The position numbers were made by a program, and so were the translations under genes. 64,000 nt of DNA from a virus (taxonomy: Duplodnaviria; Caudoviricetes), in IMG/VR virus record IMGVR_UViG_3300007516_001784, positions 1 to 64,000 of that record; one strand, given 5' to 3'. This document shows positions 8,746 to 18,612 of the stretch, piece after piece (position 1 is the stretch's first letter; the number at the start of each line of letters is the position of its first letter). The notes beneath the pieces are model-generated. The model did not search any database, was not told the DNA's origin, and saw only the letters and a program-made list of their open reading frames with translations.

Positions 8746-9502
8746 GATGTTCCCTCAAGACGAGAAAGACCTTGTTATTCAACTTTCCAAGCAAGGCAAT
8801 ACTTACGTTGACATTGCCAAGATGATGGGAGAAAAATTTCCAGAATCTTGGAATAGTAAGACCGCTGCTCGTTCTGTGGCTCGCATCCTTAAGGGCAAGA
8901 ATGACGATAGCGATGACGAAAAGACTCTAGACGAGATGACACGCGATGAGCGTGCTACTTTCATTGAAAATAAGCTACAGAACACGCCACGCTTTAAGTT
9001 GGCGTTCCGCAACTTCAATGATGAAGAACGAGAAGTGTTCGTTGAAGAGTACATTAGCGTTATTAAGTCAACTGAGAGTTTGACAGAAGTAGAAGAACAG
9101 GCTTTGTTTGCTTCTGTACTAGAACTTGTTCTTGCTTTTCAAGCTCTTGCACGAAAAGAACGAGAAGAAAGATTATTTGAGCGTTCTCAAGGCGGCGAAA
9201 TTGAAGAAAACGATCCTCAGTATCGTCGTTTTGTTGATGAGAGATATCATAAAGAATACAACGCTCATATGAAGCTGTACCAACAGGGTATGGAGCAACT
9301 GAAGATGAGTCGTTCACAGCGTCTTCAGGCTGTGCGTTCGCAGAAGCAAACGCTTGTCGATCTAGCACAGGAACTTTCGTCACGTAATGCTCAAGCAGAA
9401 GTAGCAGAAGAAGTTGAGCGTCTTTCTAAGGCCAAGGATTCGGAGTTAAAGAAAATGATTGAGAGTGGTCACATTTACGGTATCTTCGAGGACTACAAAT
9501 GA
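8738..9502 (+). CDS. HTH plus coiled-coil protein (possible small terminase or regulator)
   Basis: N-terminal GNTYVDIAK...ARSVARIL HTH-like segment; charged helical remainder; lies upstream of the terminase. Confidence 0.55.
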   Translation: MPKMFPQDEKDLVIQLSKQGNTYVDIAKMMGEKFPESWNSKTAARSVARILKGKNDDSDDEKTLDEMTRDERATFIENKLQNTPRFKLAFRNFNDEEREVFVEEYISVIKSTESLTEVEEQALFASVLELVLAFQALARKEREERLFERSQGGEIEENDPQYRRFVDERYHKEYNAHMKLYQQGMEQLKMSRSQRLQAVRSQKQTLVDLAQELSSRNAQAEVAEEVERLSKAKDSELKKMIESGHIYGIFEDYK

Positions 9503-10443
9503 AGATTGCTATGCTGTATGCATCATGGGAGAATTTTGGAGAAACTTGGTCTACTCCAATGGGCATCAAGCAAGAATTCATTTCTCGTGGGCACGAAGTA
9601 AAGGCTTTTAACCTTTATCATGCGGATGGTGACTTCTTGCCCAAGCGTAAGGAACGTTCATATTCAAATGACTCTATCAATCGTTTGATGTTTGAATTTC
9701 GTAATGGCATCTATAAGCCAGATGTTATCTTCTTGATGGACTATGGTCCATGGGATGCGATGCAATTTGATAAACAATACTTTCCAGGCGTCGTTTTGAT
9801 TAATGAAGCTGGTGACGAACCTCAGTCACACCGTATGATGTGGCCAAAGGGACCAAGGGTACATGCGGTACTTTCTCCTGATTGGCAATGTGTGGAGCAC
9901 TACAGGCAGTTTGGTATCATGGCTGAACACTGGACGCATCACGCAGATGAGCGACTCTTTCATCCCCGTCCCGAAATCAAGGAAGAGTTTGATTGTGTTA
10001 CAACTTGTGGTCCAAGAGGCAATGGCTTGACAGAGGTTGTTAAAGCTGCTCTTGGACCACAATTTAGTAACGAACGTTACTTCTATGGTGATGATCACGC
10101 AAAGCGTTTGTGTATGGGCAAGATGGTATTTCAGCACTCACAGTATAAAGAGATTACTCGTCGCATTTTCGAGGGTATGTCCTGTGGCAAGATGGTCATT
10201 ACAGATCGTCTTCCATTAGAGACTAAACTACAAGAATTATTCATCGAAAATGAAGACGTTGTGTATTATGATTCAGCAGAGGATGCTATCGAGAAGATTA
10301 TACATTACGCCTCTAATGATGTAGAACGTATTCGTATTGCTACGAATGGCTACAATAAAGTAATGGCACGTCATACCGTTAAGCGACGAGTGGACGTGTT
10401 TGAAGAAGTGGTTAAAACAATTCAGAAAGACATAATTATATGA
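9499..10443 (+). CDS. GT-B glycosyltransferase (Glyco_trans_1_2/CgeB-like)
   Basis: ITRRIFEGMSCGKMVITD...DVVYYD...ERIRIATNGYNKV...HT motif. Confidence 0.85.
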   Translation: MKIAMLYASWENFGETWSTPMGIKQEFISRGHEVKAFNLYHADGDFLPKRKERSYSNDSINRLMFEFRNGIYKPDVIFLMDYGPWDAMQFDKQYFPGVVLINEAGDEPQSHRMMWPKGPRVHAVLSPDWQCVEHYRQFGIMAEHWTHHADERLFHPRPEIKEEFDCVTTCGPRGNGLTEVVKAALGPQFSNERYFYGDDHAKRLCMGKMVFQHSQYKEITRRIFEGMSCGKMVITDRLPLETKLQELFIENEDVVYYDSAEDAIEKIIHYASNDVERIRIATNGYNKVMARHTVKRRVDVFEEVVKTIQKDIII

Positions 10444-10961
10444 AAAGATTTCTTGTAAGCTTGATTGCTGCTATTCCCCTAGCGTTTGGTGCTATTGCGT
10501 TCACGGCACCGTCTACGACGCAGACTGGTCCGCCAGTGCCCGGACCCACTAATCCATACTGCAATTCGACTAATCTGCATCCAGTACCAGTTGGTGTATG
10601 CCCAGAAGGCTTTGCTATTGATCCGGCCTGTATGGCTAACTGTTATACGAAATTTGAAAACGATGTGCGTGAAGCTTATGATCACGCATGCATTCGGTAC
10701 GCTAGCCTGAATAATTCTTGGTCGCTTGGAATGAGTGCGGCTGTTGTTACTCACGCTCTTTGTGTTTTTGATTCCACGACTATTGAGCAAGTTATCGTTT
10801 GTGACAACACATTAGTCAGTACGGTTGTTACGCTAACTGATAATCTTAACGAGGGTCGTGCTGACGTTGCTCAGAGTCTAGCACGTTCGATTGCGGGAGC
10901 TACAGCCGCTTATCAAAGATGTATTTCTTACTGCTGCACGGTTATTGAAGATGAGCAGTGA
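10440..10961 (+). CDS. Secreted cysteine-rich protein
   Basis: Signal peptide MKRFLVSLIAAIPLAFGA, Pro/Thr linker, 10 Cys. Confidence 0.7.
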   Translation: MKRFLVSLIAAIPLAFGAIAFTAPSTTQTGPPVPGPTNPYCNSTNLHPVPVGVCPEGFAIDPACMANCYTKFENDVREAYDHACIRYASLNNSWSLGMSAAVVTHALCVFDSTTIEQVIVCDNTLVSTVVTLTDNLNEGRADVAQSLARSIAGATAAYQRCISYCCTVIEDEQ

Positions 10962-10973
10962 TATTTACTCGTA

Positions 10974-11783
10974 ATGACCTCTAGCGACAGACATTTGACG
11001 AATGGCGAACCCCGATGGGACTATGGCGTGCAACGCTATAAGTCCCATCGGGACGTTTTCTTTGAGCCGGGATTGATCTCAATTCTGTTCTTGGCCTGCG
11101 GTCGTTATGATGTAACAAAAAGATGTCTACTCGCGACAGTAGATTCTGTCGCTCGCAGTCCATTGGAAGTAGAATGGATCTTCATTGAAAACGGTCAATG
11201 TGAACAGAATTATAAGCTATTTCAAGAGATTAATCTTGAAAGAAAAGTAATAGTGCGTCAACGTAACTACGGTATTAATCAAGGTCTGAATCAAGCATGG
11301 GGATTGTCGCGTGGTGAGTTTTGTCTTATTCACGAAAATGACTGGGAGGTTCGCCAGAGCGTGGACTTCTTGTCGATTGCTTACGACATCATGCAAGAAC
11401 AACCTGATGTTGGTGTATTGCAATTGAGAGCAGTTCACGACCCATGTGAAAACTGGGGCCTTGGCAAACCAAAATATTTGCCATGGTCATGCAGTAATGA
11501 AATGCTTGAGAAGGCGAATGTACGTCTATGGCTTGAGAGTACGCAAACCGGCCATCATTATCAGATCGCCAATTTCCCTAATGGGTTTAATAATAATCCA
11601 GTTATCATTAGAAAAAGTCTGTATCGAGAGTGTGGACCATATCCCGAAGCGGACTTAGGATGCGACCCCCGCCACGGTGAGACTGAATATCAGGAACGTG
11701 TGGCGAAAACCGGATGTGCGACTGCACACATTGGTATTGAACTTTTTTATCATTGTGGTCAGACGACCACGAAAGCGAACTAA
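10974..11783 (+). CDS. GT2-family (GT-A) glycosyltransferase
   Basis: ISILFLA...WIFIENG...NYGINQGLNQAW...GEFCLIHENDW (DxD-equivalent END). Confidence 0.85.
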   Translation: MTSSDRHLTNGEPRWDYGVQRYKSHRDVFFEPGLISILFLACGRYDVTKRCLLATVDSVARSPLEVEWIFIENGQCEQNYKLFQEINLERKVIVRQRNYGINQGLNQAWGLSRGEFCLIHENDWEVRQSVDFLSIAYDIMQEQPDVGVLQLRAVHDPCENWGLGKPKYLPWSCSNEMLEKANVRLWLESTQTGHHYQIANFPNGFNNNPVIIRKSLYRECGPYPEADLGCDPRHGETEYQERVAKTGCATAHIGIELFYHCGQTTTKAN

Positions 11784-11784
11784 T

Positions 11785-12000
11785 ATGAATGTAAAACAAG
11801 GCGATCTTGTCAATGTTAATGGCGTTGAGTCCATCGTGGAAACGTCATGGGGACAAGGCAAGCACAAGATTTTCAAGCTAGTTGATGGCCGTCAAATTGC
11901 CGATCTTGATAAGCTTGTTGTTTCTGGTCAGGCGACTATTGTAGCGGCACCAATTCAGTTGGTAGCCGAAGATAAGCCCAAGAAGACATGGAACTTGTGA
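11785..12000 (+). CDS. Hypothetical protein
   Basis: ATG immediately after the GT2 stop; overlaps the next gene. Confidence 0.55.
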   Translation: MNVKQGDLVNVNGVESIVETSWGQGKHKIFKLVDGRQIADLDKLVVSGQATIVAAPIQLVAEDKPKKTWNL

Positions 12001-12491
12001 AGTCTGATCTACCTAAGCTTCCGACTCTTATAGTTGATACGCGAGAGCGAATTCCTTTCGACTATGAGGGCGAAGAGGAATTTGAAGCTATTGTTCACGA
12101 GAAGTTAGATGCCGGTGACTATTCCTTAAAAGGAATGGAGCACATTATCGTCATTGAGCGAAAAGCAACCGCTGATGAGCTATTCAATAACTTCACGCAG
12201 AACAAAGATCGTATTTATGCGGAGTTTGAGCGTTTGCGTAATCACAAGATCAAGATTATAATGATTGAACAGTCTTGTGAAGATATTTGTAATCCACGCA
12301 ATTATTATGTGAATAAGAAGGGCATCAATAAGGCGAGTGTGAATATGCCCGTTGCTGTTGTAGCTGCCAATCTTAACACATTGATGTTAGAGTATGAAGC
12401 TCAAGTCATCTTTGCGGGCTCTAAAGCCCGCAGCATGACCAAGAACATTTTGCTTGCTGCATATAAATTGCACAGACAAGGTAGATTGTAA
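11988..12491 (+). CDS. ERCC4/XPF-like nuclease
   Basis: IVDTRE...LDAGDYS...IERK motif. Confidence 0.88.
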   Translation: MELVKSDLPKLPTLIVDTRERIPFDYEGEEEFEAIVHEKLDAGDYSLKGMEHIIVIERKATADELFNNFTQNKDRIYAEFERLRNHKIKIIMIEQSCEDICNPRNYYVNKKGINKASVNMPVAVVAANLNTLMLEYEAQVIFAGSKARSMTKNILLAAYKLHRQGRL

Positions 12492-14533
12492 TGGGACTAT
12501 CTGCTGGTCAGATTAGACGCTTGAGCGGCTCTGTGTGGAGCACGACATTCAAACGCGAAGATATCATGCGTATCTTTGATCAGTGTGGCCCGGCACAATC
12601 CGTGTACCACATGGCCAACTTTAACTTGGCGTGGTTTGTACAGAAGGTCTTTTGTAACCAACAAGGTAAACCCTTGAAGCTACTTGCGTTTCAGCAAGTG
12701 ATGCTTCAAATGTTGTGGTCCAAGAAATTTCCTATGATTCTTGCCACTCGTGGTGCAGGTAAAACATTCATTCTAGCCCTTTACGCTTTGCTCAGAGCTA
12801 TCTTGATACCTGGATCAAAGATTGTTATTTGTGGTGCTGGCTTCCGTCAAGCCAAGCTGGTATTCAAGTATATTGAACAGCTATACGAAGCTTCGCCGTT
12901 AATCAAAGAAGCTCTAGAGCAGTGGGGTGGTCCGAAATATGGATCGGACATGGCTACGCTTCGTGTTGGCCTATCTGTGATTCAAGCTATTCCTATCGGT
13001 GATGGCGAAAAGATTAGAGGTATTCGTGCAACATGTTTGATCGCCGATGAGTTTGCGTCGATCCCAGAAGAAATCTTTGATATCGTTATTGCTCCCTTTA
13101 CTGCCGTACATGCAAACCCCGAAGAGCGTGCTGCTAATGCCGCGTTCGTGAATCGTTTAATTGGCCTTGGAGCACCAGAAGAACTGATCGCTGCGATTCG
13201 TAGCACACAGGGATTCGGTAACCAGATCGTTGTGTCTGGCACACCATCGTACAAACATAATCACTTTTACAAGCGTTATGGTGTGTACAAGATGTTCATT
13301 CAATCGAAGGGTGATGTTAAAAATCTCAAGAGGGCTTTGGAAGAAAAGCATCTTGCGGCTACTGGACGTACACAAGATATCACGGAAGATGACTTGAAGA
13401 ACGCTGAGAAGACGTGGCGTCATTACGCCATCTATCAGCTTCCTTACACTGCCTTACCAGAAAACTTCCTAGACGAAGACAACATTCGCTCTGACCGTGC
13501 TGCATTTCCAAGACATCGTTTTGCGATGGAGTACTTGGCTCAGTTTCCAGACGATACGGACGGCTTCATTAGGCGATCGTGGGTTGAAAACTCTACACCC
13601 AAAGCTCCAAATGAAGAGCCGATTTATTGCGAATTGTATGGCGACCCTCGTGCTGTTTATGTAATGGGTATTGACCCTGCTCGTTTTAATGATAACCTTG
13701 GTGTTGTCATCTTGAAGTTGACCGCTCGTGGAAAAGAGATGGTTTACTGTAATGCATGGGACAAAACCGAATTTGGTGTGTCTGCTCAAAAGATTCGCGA
13801 AATTGTGAAACGATTCAACGTCTCTTATATTGCTATAGATACTGGTGGCGGTGGCGAACCTATTCGTGAATGGCTATGCAAGAAGACAGATGATGTACAA
13901 CCGGAAGACTTCATTTGGGTAATTCCTGATCAAATGGAGAAGTTTACAGGTGATAAGTCTGGCATGGGTGCTCCGGGCAAGAAGATCCTTGAAATGGTGG
14001 ATTTTACGACTACCTGGATTTCTCAATCTGCTCACGGCGTTGCCTCGGACGTGGAACAGTGCAACATCTTGTTCCCTCACCGTGCTGATGAAGCTAGGGT
14101 CTACGATCAGTACGCTCGTCACTTTGGTGTATCTGATGTCTCGGATAGTGAAAAAGAACGTCTCCAGCAAGATATTTGGGGCGTGGACGACTGGGATGCT
14201 GAACGTGCCACGAAATCTTATGGCGAAAAGTTTGTACCTCGTATGGGTGCGATGCAACACATTAATGAATGCATCAATGAGATGTGTGCTATCATGCGTT
14301 CAGTTAGTCCTAAGGGAACAGAAAGTTTTGAACTACCTAAACTTTCCGAGCAGCCAGAAGGTCTTGACATGAGACGCCGTGACCGTTGGTCCGCTCTTAT
14401 GTTAGCTAATTATGCTGCTAAGGTTTTCATGGGTACAGGACATAAACCCAGACAGGGTACGCCCAAGACACGTACTCAAGCTGGTCGTGGATATACAAGT
14501 CGTAGTCGCCGTCGTGGGTCCGTAGGTTACTGA
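12491..14533 (+). CDS. terL: Terminase large subunit
   Basis: Walker A ATRGAGKT, KIRGIRA...ADEFA Walker B, GIDPA nuclease Asp, IDTGGGG, DRWSAL. Confidence 0.92.
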   Translation: MGLSAGQIRRLSGSVWSTTFKREDIMRIFDQCGPAQSVYHMANFNLAWFVQKVFCNQQGKPLKLLAFQQVMLQMLWSKKFPMILATRGAGKTFILALYALLRAILIPGSKIVICGAGFRQAKLVFKYIEQLYEASPLIKEALEQWGGPKYGSDMATLRVGLSVIQAIPIGDGEKIRGIRATCLIADEFASIPEEIFDIVIAPFTAVHANPEERAANAAFVNRLIGLGAPEELIAAIRSTQGFGNQIVVSGTPSYKHNHFYKRYGVYKMFIQSKGDVKNLKRALEEKHLAATGRTQDITEDDLKNAEKTWRHYAIYQLPYTALPENFLDEDNIRSDRAAFPRHRFAMEYLAQFPDDTDGFIRRSWVENSTPKAPNEEPIYCELYGDPRAVYVMGIDPARFNDNLGVVILKLTARGKEMVYCNAWDKTEFGVSAQKIREIVKRFNVSYIAIDTGGGGEPIREWLCKKTDDVQPEDFIWVIPDQMEKFTGDKSGMGAPGKKILEMVDFTTTWISQSAHGVASDVEQCNILFPHRADEARVYDQYARHFGVSDVSDSEKERLQQDIWGVDDWDAERATKSYGEKFVPRMGAMQHINECINEMCAIMRSVSPKGTESFELPKLSEQPEGLDMRRRDRWSALMLANYAAKVFMGTGHKPRQGTPKTRTQAGRGYTSRSRRRGSVGY

Positions 14534-14536
14534 GTC

Positions 14537-14544
14537 TTAGTGTA
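14537..14544 (+). promoter_or_regulatory. TTAGTGTA putative late promoter motif (before portal)
   Basis: The same octamer recurs in several intergenic gaps of the structural block. Confidence 0.55.
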
Positions 14545-14585
14545 ATCAATTGTACCGCGATACAATCGGCTCCTAGGTACTTCAA

Positions 14586-17042
14586 ATGGCAAAACGCACA
14601 ACATCAACTCGCAATGTAACGCCTAGTAGAGCTTCGCCTCAAGCTATGTTAGCCGCTACCGAACGTTCAAACGCTCGTGCTGCTCGTCAAAAAACAGAGG
14701 GATACTTCTATGGTAACATGGGAGATAGTATTGAGCGTCGTCACAGTGGGTTGGACGGTTCGCCTTTTGGTGGTTTTGGCAACGGCAGTGATGCTGGCCA
14801 GGGCACAATGGGTGCTGGCTCATCTTGGAATGCACAAGGTTTTGGTAACTACTTTGGCACCGGCCTTCTTAACGGCTTTGGTCGCATGTCTGGAGGAGCC
14901 GCTGGCGGTGCGTCAGGTGGCTTTACCTATTTAAAGCGTTTCTCTTCGAACGCTGCCTTCAATCATGGCATCATCGCTCAATGTCACATGGCCTATCTTG
15001 GCTATGGTATTGTTCGCAATATTGTAGACCTATATGCCGACTTCGCCACCGAAGGTGTAGAAATTGAGCATCCCGACGCTTCTGTGCGAAATTTCTATCG
15101 TACGTGGGCTCGTAAGATTGGCCTTGAAGAGCGTTGTCATAACATGTTTCTCAATCTGTTCGTTTCAGGACAGACGTTTGTGCATCGTCGTTGGGCCACT
15201 CTTGATGAAGGCTCTAAGAGAGCAATGAAACGTTCAGAGGCTTCCGAGAATATTGGCGACACTCTGATCGTGCGTGGTAAGACACGAGATACTTCAATTG
15301 AAGCTCGCGAAAACGATTTCATTGATTGGTTCCTTTCGAAGAAGGGCAACGAATATATCAGTGATCTTACAAAGGCAGACAAGAAGGTCGTTGGCGATGC
15401 ACCGCCCTCTGCAAGCGAAGAGGGGTTGCCACAGAATACTTCCAAGCAGATTCCGTGGGGCTATACGTTTCTGAATCCGCTTCAAATGGAGATGCGAGGT
15501 CGCAAGATTCGTGGTGACTCATACTGGGTCATGGCCCTAGATAAGCGTGATGCCCTTGATGTAGCTCGCGGCCTTGGCATGCGAAGTTCTCAGGATTTGG
15601 GGACGACCGAAGTGAATATCCCTCGTGAGTTTCTCACTCGCATGAATTCATATCAAGGTCCCGGTTCTGGTTATTCTGCCGAGATCAAGCTTACAAAAGA
15701 AGAGTTGAGTGTCGTTCAGGCACCCGGTAAGTTTGATTGGTTTGACTGGGCCGTACCGTTTGTCTACCCGGCTCTACAAGCCTTGTACTTCAAGGACTGT
15801 CTACGCTCGATGGAAATTCGTGCATGTCAGTCTATCATTAATGCCGTTTTCTTGTATAAGCTTGGTAATCTCAAAGAAGGTTTTCCAGCAGAAGATGAAC
15901 ACTTTGAGCGTCTAGCAGACATGTTGCAGATGCCTGGATCGGTCATGAATATTCTATGGAATGATCAGATTTCAGCCGAAGTGATTCAACCAAAAGTTGA
16001 AGGTATTTTTGACATTGACAAGCACAAGTCGGCTGATCACGATATCATGACCGCACTAGGCGTTCCTGAAGTCTTGACTGGTGGTGGCGGTGGAAGTTTT
16101 TCGAATTCGTTCATTGCGGTATCGACCGTATTAGAACGTCTTGAATCCTATCGTAATCAAGTTAAAGACTGGCTCATGGGAGAAATGAAGATCGTCGCTG
16201 ATGCGATGGGATTCCAAAAACTACCCACTATTAGATTTGGCAGAACAAGTCTTCAAGATGAGAAGGCTTATCAAGCTTTCGTCACTGGTCTTTATGACCG
16301 TAACATTTTGTCTGCCGATACACTTCTTCGTCAAGCTGATACAACTGTTGATACAGAGGTAGCCAAGCTGAAGGAAGAAAACAATCTTCGTGAACAGGGC
16401 GTTCTTGAAATGCGTGGACCGTTTGTCAAGTCAGACAACAAGGACGGCGTTCCTCAGCCACCGCCAAAGCCGGTCGCACCAACAGGTATTGACGGCAAGA
16501 AGACTCCAAAAACACCCAATGGTCGTCCCGCTGGAACGCCAACTGGCCCGACTGGAAAACAAGACAACCCTCGCAAGCCCAAGGGGCAGGGAATTGCCAA
16601 GCTTTCGAAGCTATTAGAATTGCACGATGAACTTTCTGAGCATGGTCGTTCTATCTTGGCTCGCCTAGAAGAATTCGTCGGCGACAGATATCTTCAAACA
16701 AAAGCAAAAGATAATCCTAATCTTAAGCATTTAAAGCAACTCAAGCTTGAAGAGCGTGAACGCCTGGAACAGATGATTTACAATGTGTTTAGTCACATGC
16801 CCGCTCCTGATAGCGATTCTCCGCTGAGCGACGATTTTATTGTAAACATGTTGCGTTCTGACGCCGCTGAGACAGTTAAGGTAGATGTACTTAATATCTA
16901 TACTGACAAGGTTGCTCAGTATAGCAAGTCGTTTGGTAAAACTCCTACTCGCGAGATGCGACGCCAGTTTATGGTGTCTGCTTGGACTCAAAAAGCAATC
17001 AAACAACACGTAGCACAAAAACCTGATGCACTGAGAGTATAG
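14586..17042 (+). CDS. Portal protein with Gly-rich N-terminal and Pro/Lys-rich C-terminal extensions
   Basis: Directly after terL; IVRNIVDLYADF and IMTALGVPEVLTGG portal-like segments. Confidence 0.8.
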   Translation: MAKRTTSTRNVTPSRASPQAMLAATERSNARAARQKTEGYFYGNMGDSIERRHSGLDGSPFGGFGNGSDAGQGTMGAGSSWNAQGFGNYFGTGLLNGFGRMSGGAAGGASGGFTYLKRFSSNAAFNHGIIAQCHMAYLGYGIVRNIVDLYADFATEGVEIEHPDASVRNFYRTWARKIGLEERCHNMFLNLFVSGQTFVHRRWATLDEGSKRAMKRSEASENIGDTLIVRGKTRDTSIEARENDFIDWFLSKKGNEYISDLTKADKKVVGDAPPSASEEGLPQNTSKQIPWGYTFLNPLQMEMRGRKIRGDSYWVMALDKRDALDVARGLGMRSSQDLGTTEVNIPREFLTRMNSYQGPGSGYSAEIKLTKEELSVVQAPGKFDWFDWAVPFVYPALQALYFKDCLRSMEIRACQSIINAVFLYKLGNLKEGFPAEDEHFERLADMLQMPGSVMNILWNDQISAEVIQPKVEGIFDIDKHKSADHDIMTALGVPEVLTGGGGGSFSNSFIAVSTVLERLESYRNQVKDWLMGEMKIVADAMGFQKLPTIRFGRTSLQDEKAYQAFVTGLYDRNILSADTLLRQADTTVDTEVAKLKEENNLREQGVLEMRGPFVKSDNKDGVPQPPPKPVAPTGIDGKKTPKTPNGRPAGTPTGPTGKQDNPRKPKGQGIAKLSKLLELHDELSEHGRSILARLEEFVGDRYLQTKAKDNPNLKHLKQLKLEERERLEQMIYNVFSHMPAPDSDSPLSDDFIVNMLRSDAAETVKVDVLNIYTDKVAQYSKSFGKTPTREMRRQFMVSAWTQKAIKQHVAQKPDALRV

Positions 17043-17132
17043 TTTTAGCGTATTGTACATTACGGACAAAGCTACTGTCGGTGCTGTCCCAACACACAGC
17101 ACGAAGAATATTAGCTGTTCTAAGGATAAACA

Positions 17133-17906
17133 ATGAATTACGAGCAAGCATTCCGCAATATGGCCAAATCTCTGAATACCGGAGATATGAGCCTAGATCA
17201 AATCGGTCAGACGCCTGAGTCTCGCCCGCGTCAGGTTTACGTACCTTCTGATTCGATCACGGAAGGTTTTATTAGTGGTAGTATTGCTGGTCAGGTGTCG
17301 CCTAGACTGTTAGACAAGAAGGATCACTTTCCAGTCTTTACAGAAACTCAAGCACGTTCCAGTATGTCACGAGCAATGCAGTTGACAGAAGTTCCTGTCT
17401 GGTATAGCGGCAACATGGATGATCTTCGAAGAGAGGTCTATATGGGGATTGCCAAGGTCCATCCTGATCTTGTAGACATTGAAGTTAATGTTCCCGCGTC
17501 ACGTATTGTTGCCCTGTCAGACGGCATGACACCAGCCGAACAGAGCAAGAAGTCTATTGACAATCCAGCCGACGTTCAGAAGACTTTGGTTCCTGGTGTC
17601 AAGCGTCCAACCATCACGACTGCCGACGTTTTGAAGGTGTGTGAGAATGACGACATGCGTGTTGCAATTGCTGGCAAACTTCTAGAATGCATCGAAAATC
17701 AAGAAGCTGATATTGCTGGTGCCAAGAAGATGGCTCAAGTTCTTTTAAAGAAGGGCTTGAGTTCCGAGGAGTTCGATTTGCTTAGCACTTACTTGCAAAG
17801 TGATATTTTGCGTGAACTGATGTACAATTCAAAGTCTAACGCATCGACGGAAGTACGTCGTCGTGCCCTTCTAGACCGTTTGAAGCCAGAAAACAAAAAT
17901 GACTGA
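17133..17906 (+). CDS. Hypothetical head-module protein
   Basis: 257 aa, AAGGA SD; lies between portal and protease. Confidence 0.7.
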   Translation: MNYEQAFRNMAKSLNTGDMSLDQIGQTPESRPRQVYVPSDSITEGFISGSIAGQVSPRLLDKKDHFPVFTETQARSSMSRAMQLTEVPVWYSGNMDDLRREVYMGIAKVHPDLVDIEVNVPASRIVALSDGMTPAEQSKKSIDNPADVQKTLVPGVKRPTITTADVLKVCENDDMRVAIAGKLLECIENQEADIAGAKKMAQVLLKKGLSSEEFDLLSTYLQSDILRELMYNSKSNASTEVRRRALLDRLKPENKND

Positions 17907-17930
17907 AAACCAAGAAGAAGGTGAAGTAAA

Positions 17931-18170
17931 ATGTCAGCTCCTCTAAATTCTGGATTCAGTAACAACATCAACGTGATGCAGCTTCGTTCTAGTGGAACAA
18001 GTTTACAACGTGTGACTGATCGTACTATCGGCAACATCACTTCGCTTGCAACAGATCCGCCGTCTCCTCCGGGACTGGCACGTACTGTCATTGGCACGAA
18101 GGTAGATACTGATGGCGGCGTTGCTCACGACAATGAAACTACTGTAGAATTCACAGAAGGTGGCAACTAA
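17931..18170 (+). CDS. Small putative virion protein
   Basis: 79 aa, AAGGTG SD-like sequence, S/T/G-rich. Confidence 0.6.
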   Translation: MSAPLNSGFSNNINVMQLRSSGTSLQRVTDRTIGNITSLATDPPSPPGLARTVIGTKVDTDGGVAHDNETTVEFTEGGN

Positions 18171-18580
18171 TGTGGAAACGTGAATATTTGTCCCGCAATC
18201 GCGGGCTGCAAGCTGATATATTCAGCGACGCAATGAAGGCCGCTGGTGCAAGTCCCGTCATTGCCGACACCCATCATTCCATTTTAAAGCCAAAGAATGT
18301 GCCCGTTTGGAATCATCGTCCAGCGACGCCAGCAGAAGAAGCTCTTTATATGGGTACGCACATTCATGCGGAATCTAATCCTCTTGGATTACATACTCAC
18401 GTTAAGGGTGGTAAATTAACTGGTGGACATAGCCACGGACCTCAAAATCGTTTTGGCGGACATCATCACAAAAAAGGTGCAATTGAAATATCTGTTTTGA
18501 TTGACGGTTCGCACATTCATGAGGCTGGTCGTAATTACCCGAACGGTGATCACGAGCACTGCCCTGAGAATTTTGGCTGA
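18170..18580 (+). CDS. His-rich protein with repeated HxH motifs
   Basis: HIH, HTH, HSH, HHH, HIH and HEH within about 75 aa. Confidence 0.7.
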   Translation: MWKREYLSRNRGLQADIFSDAMKAAGASPVIADTHHSILKPKNVPVWNHRPATPAEEALYMGTHIHAESNPLGLHTHVKGGKLTGGHSHGPQNRFGGHHHKKGAIEISVLIDGSHIHEAGRNYPNGDHEHCPENFG

Positions 18581-18612
18581 GTCTAACCGACTTTTAGTTT
18601 ATTGGTTATGGG

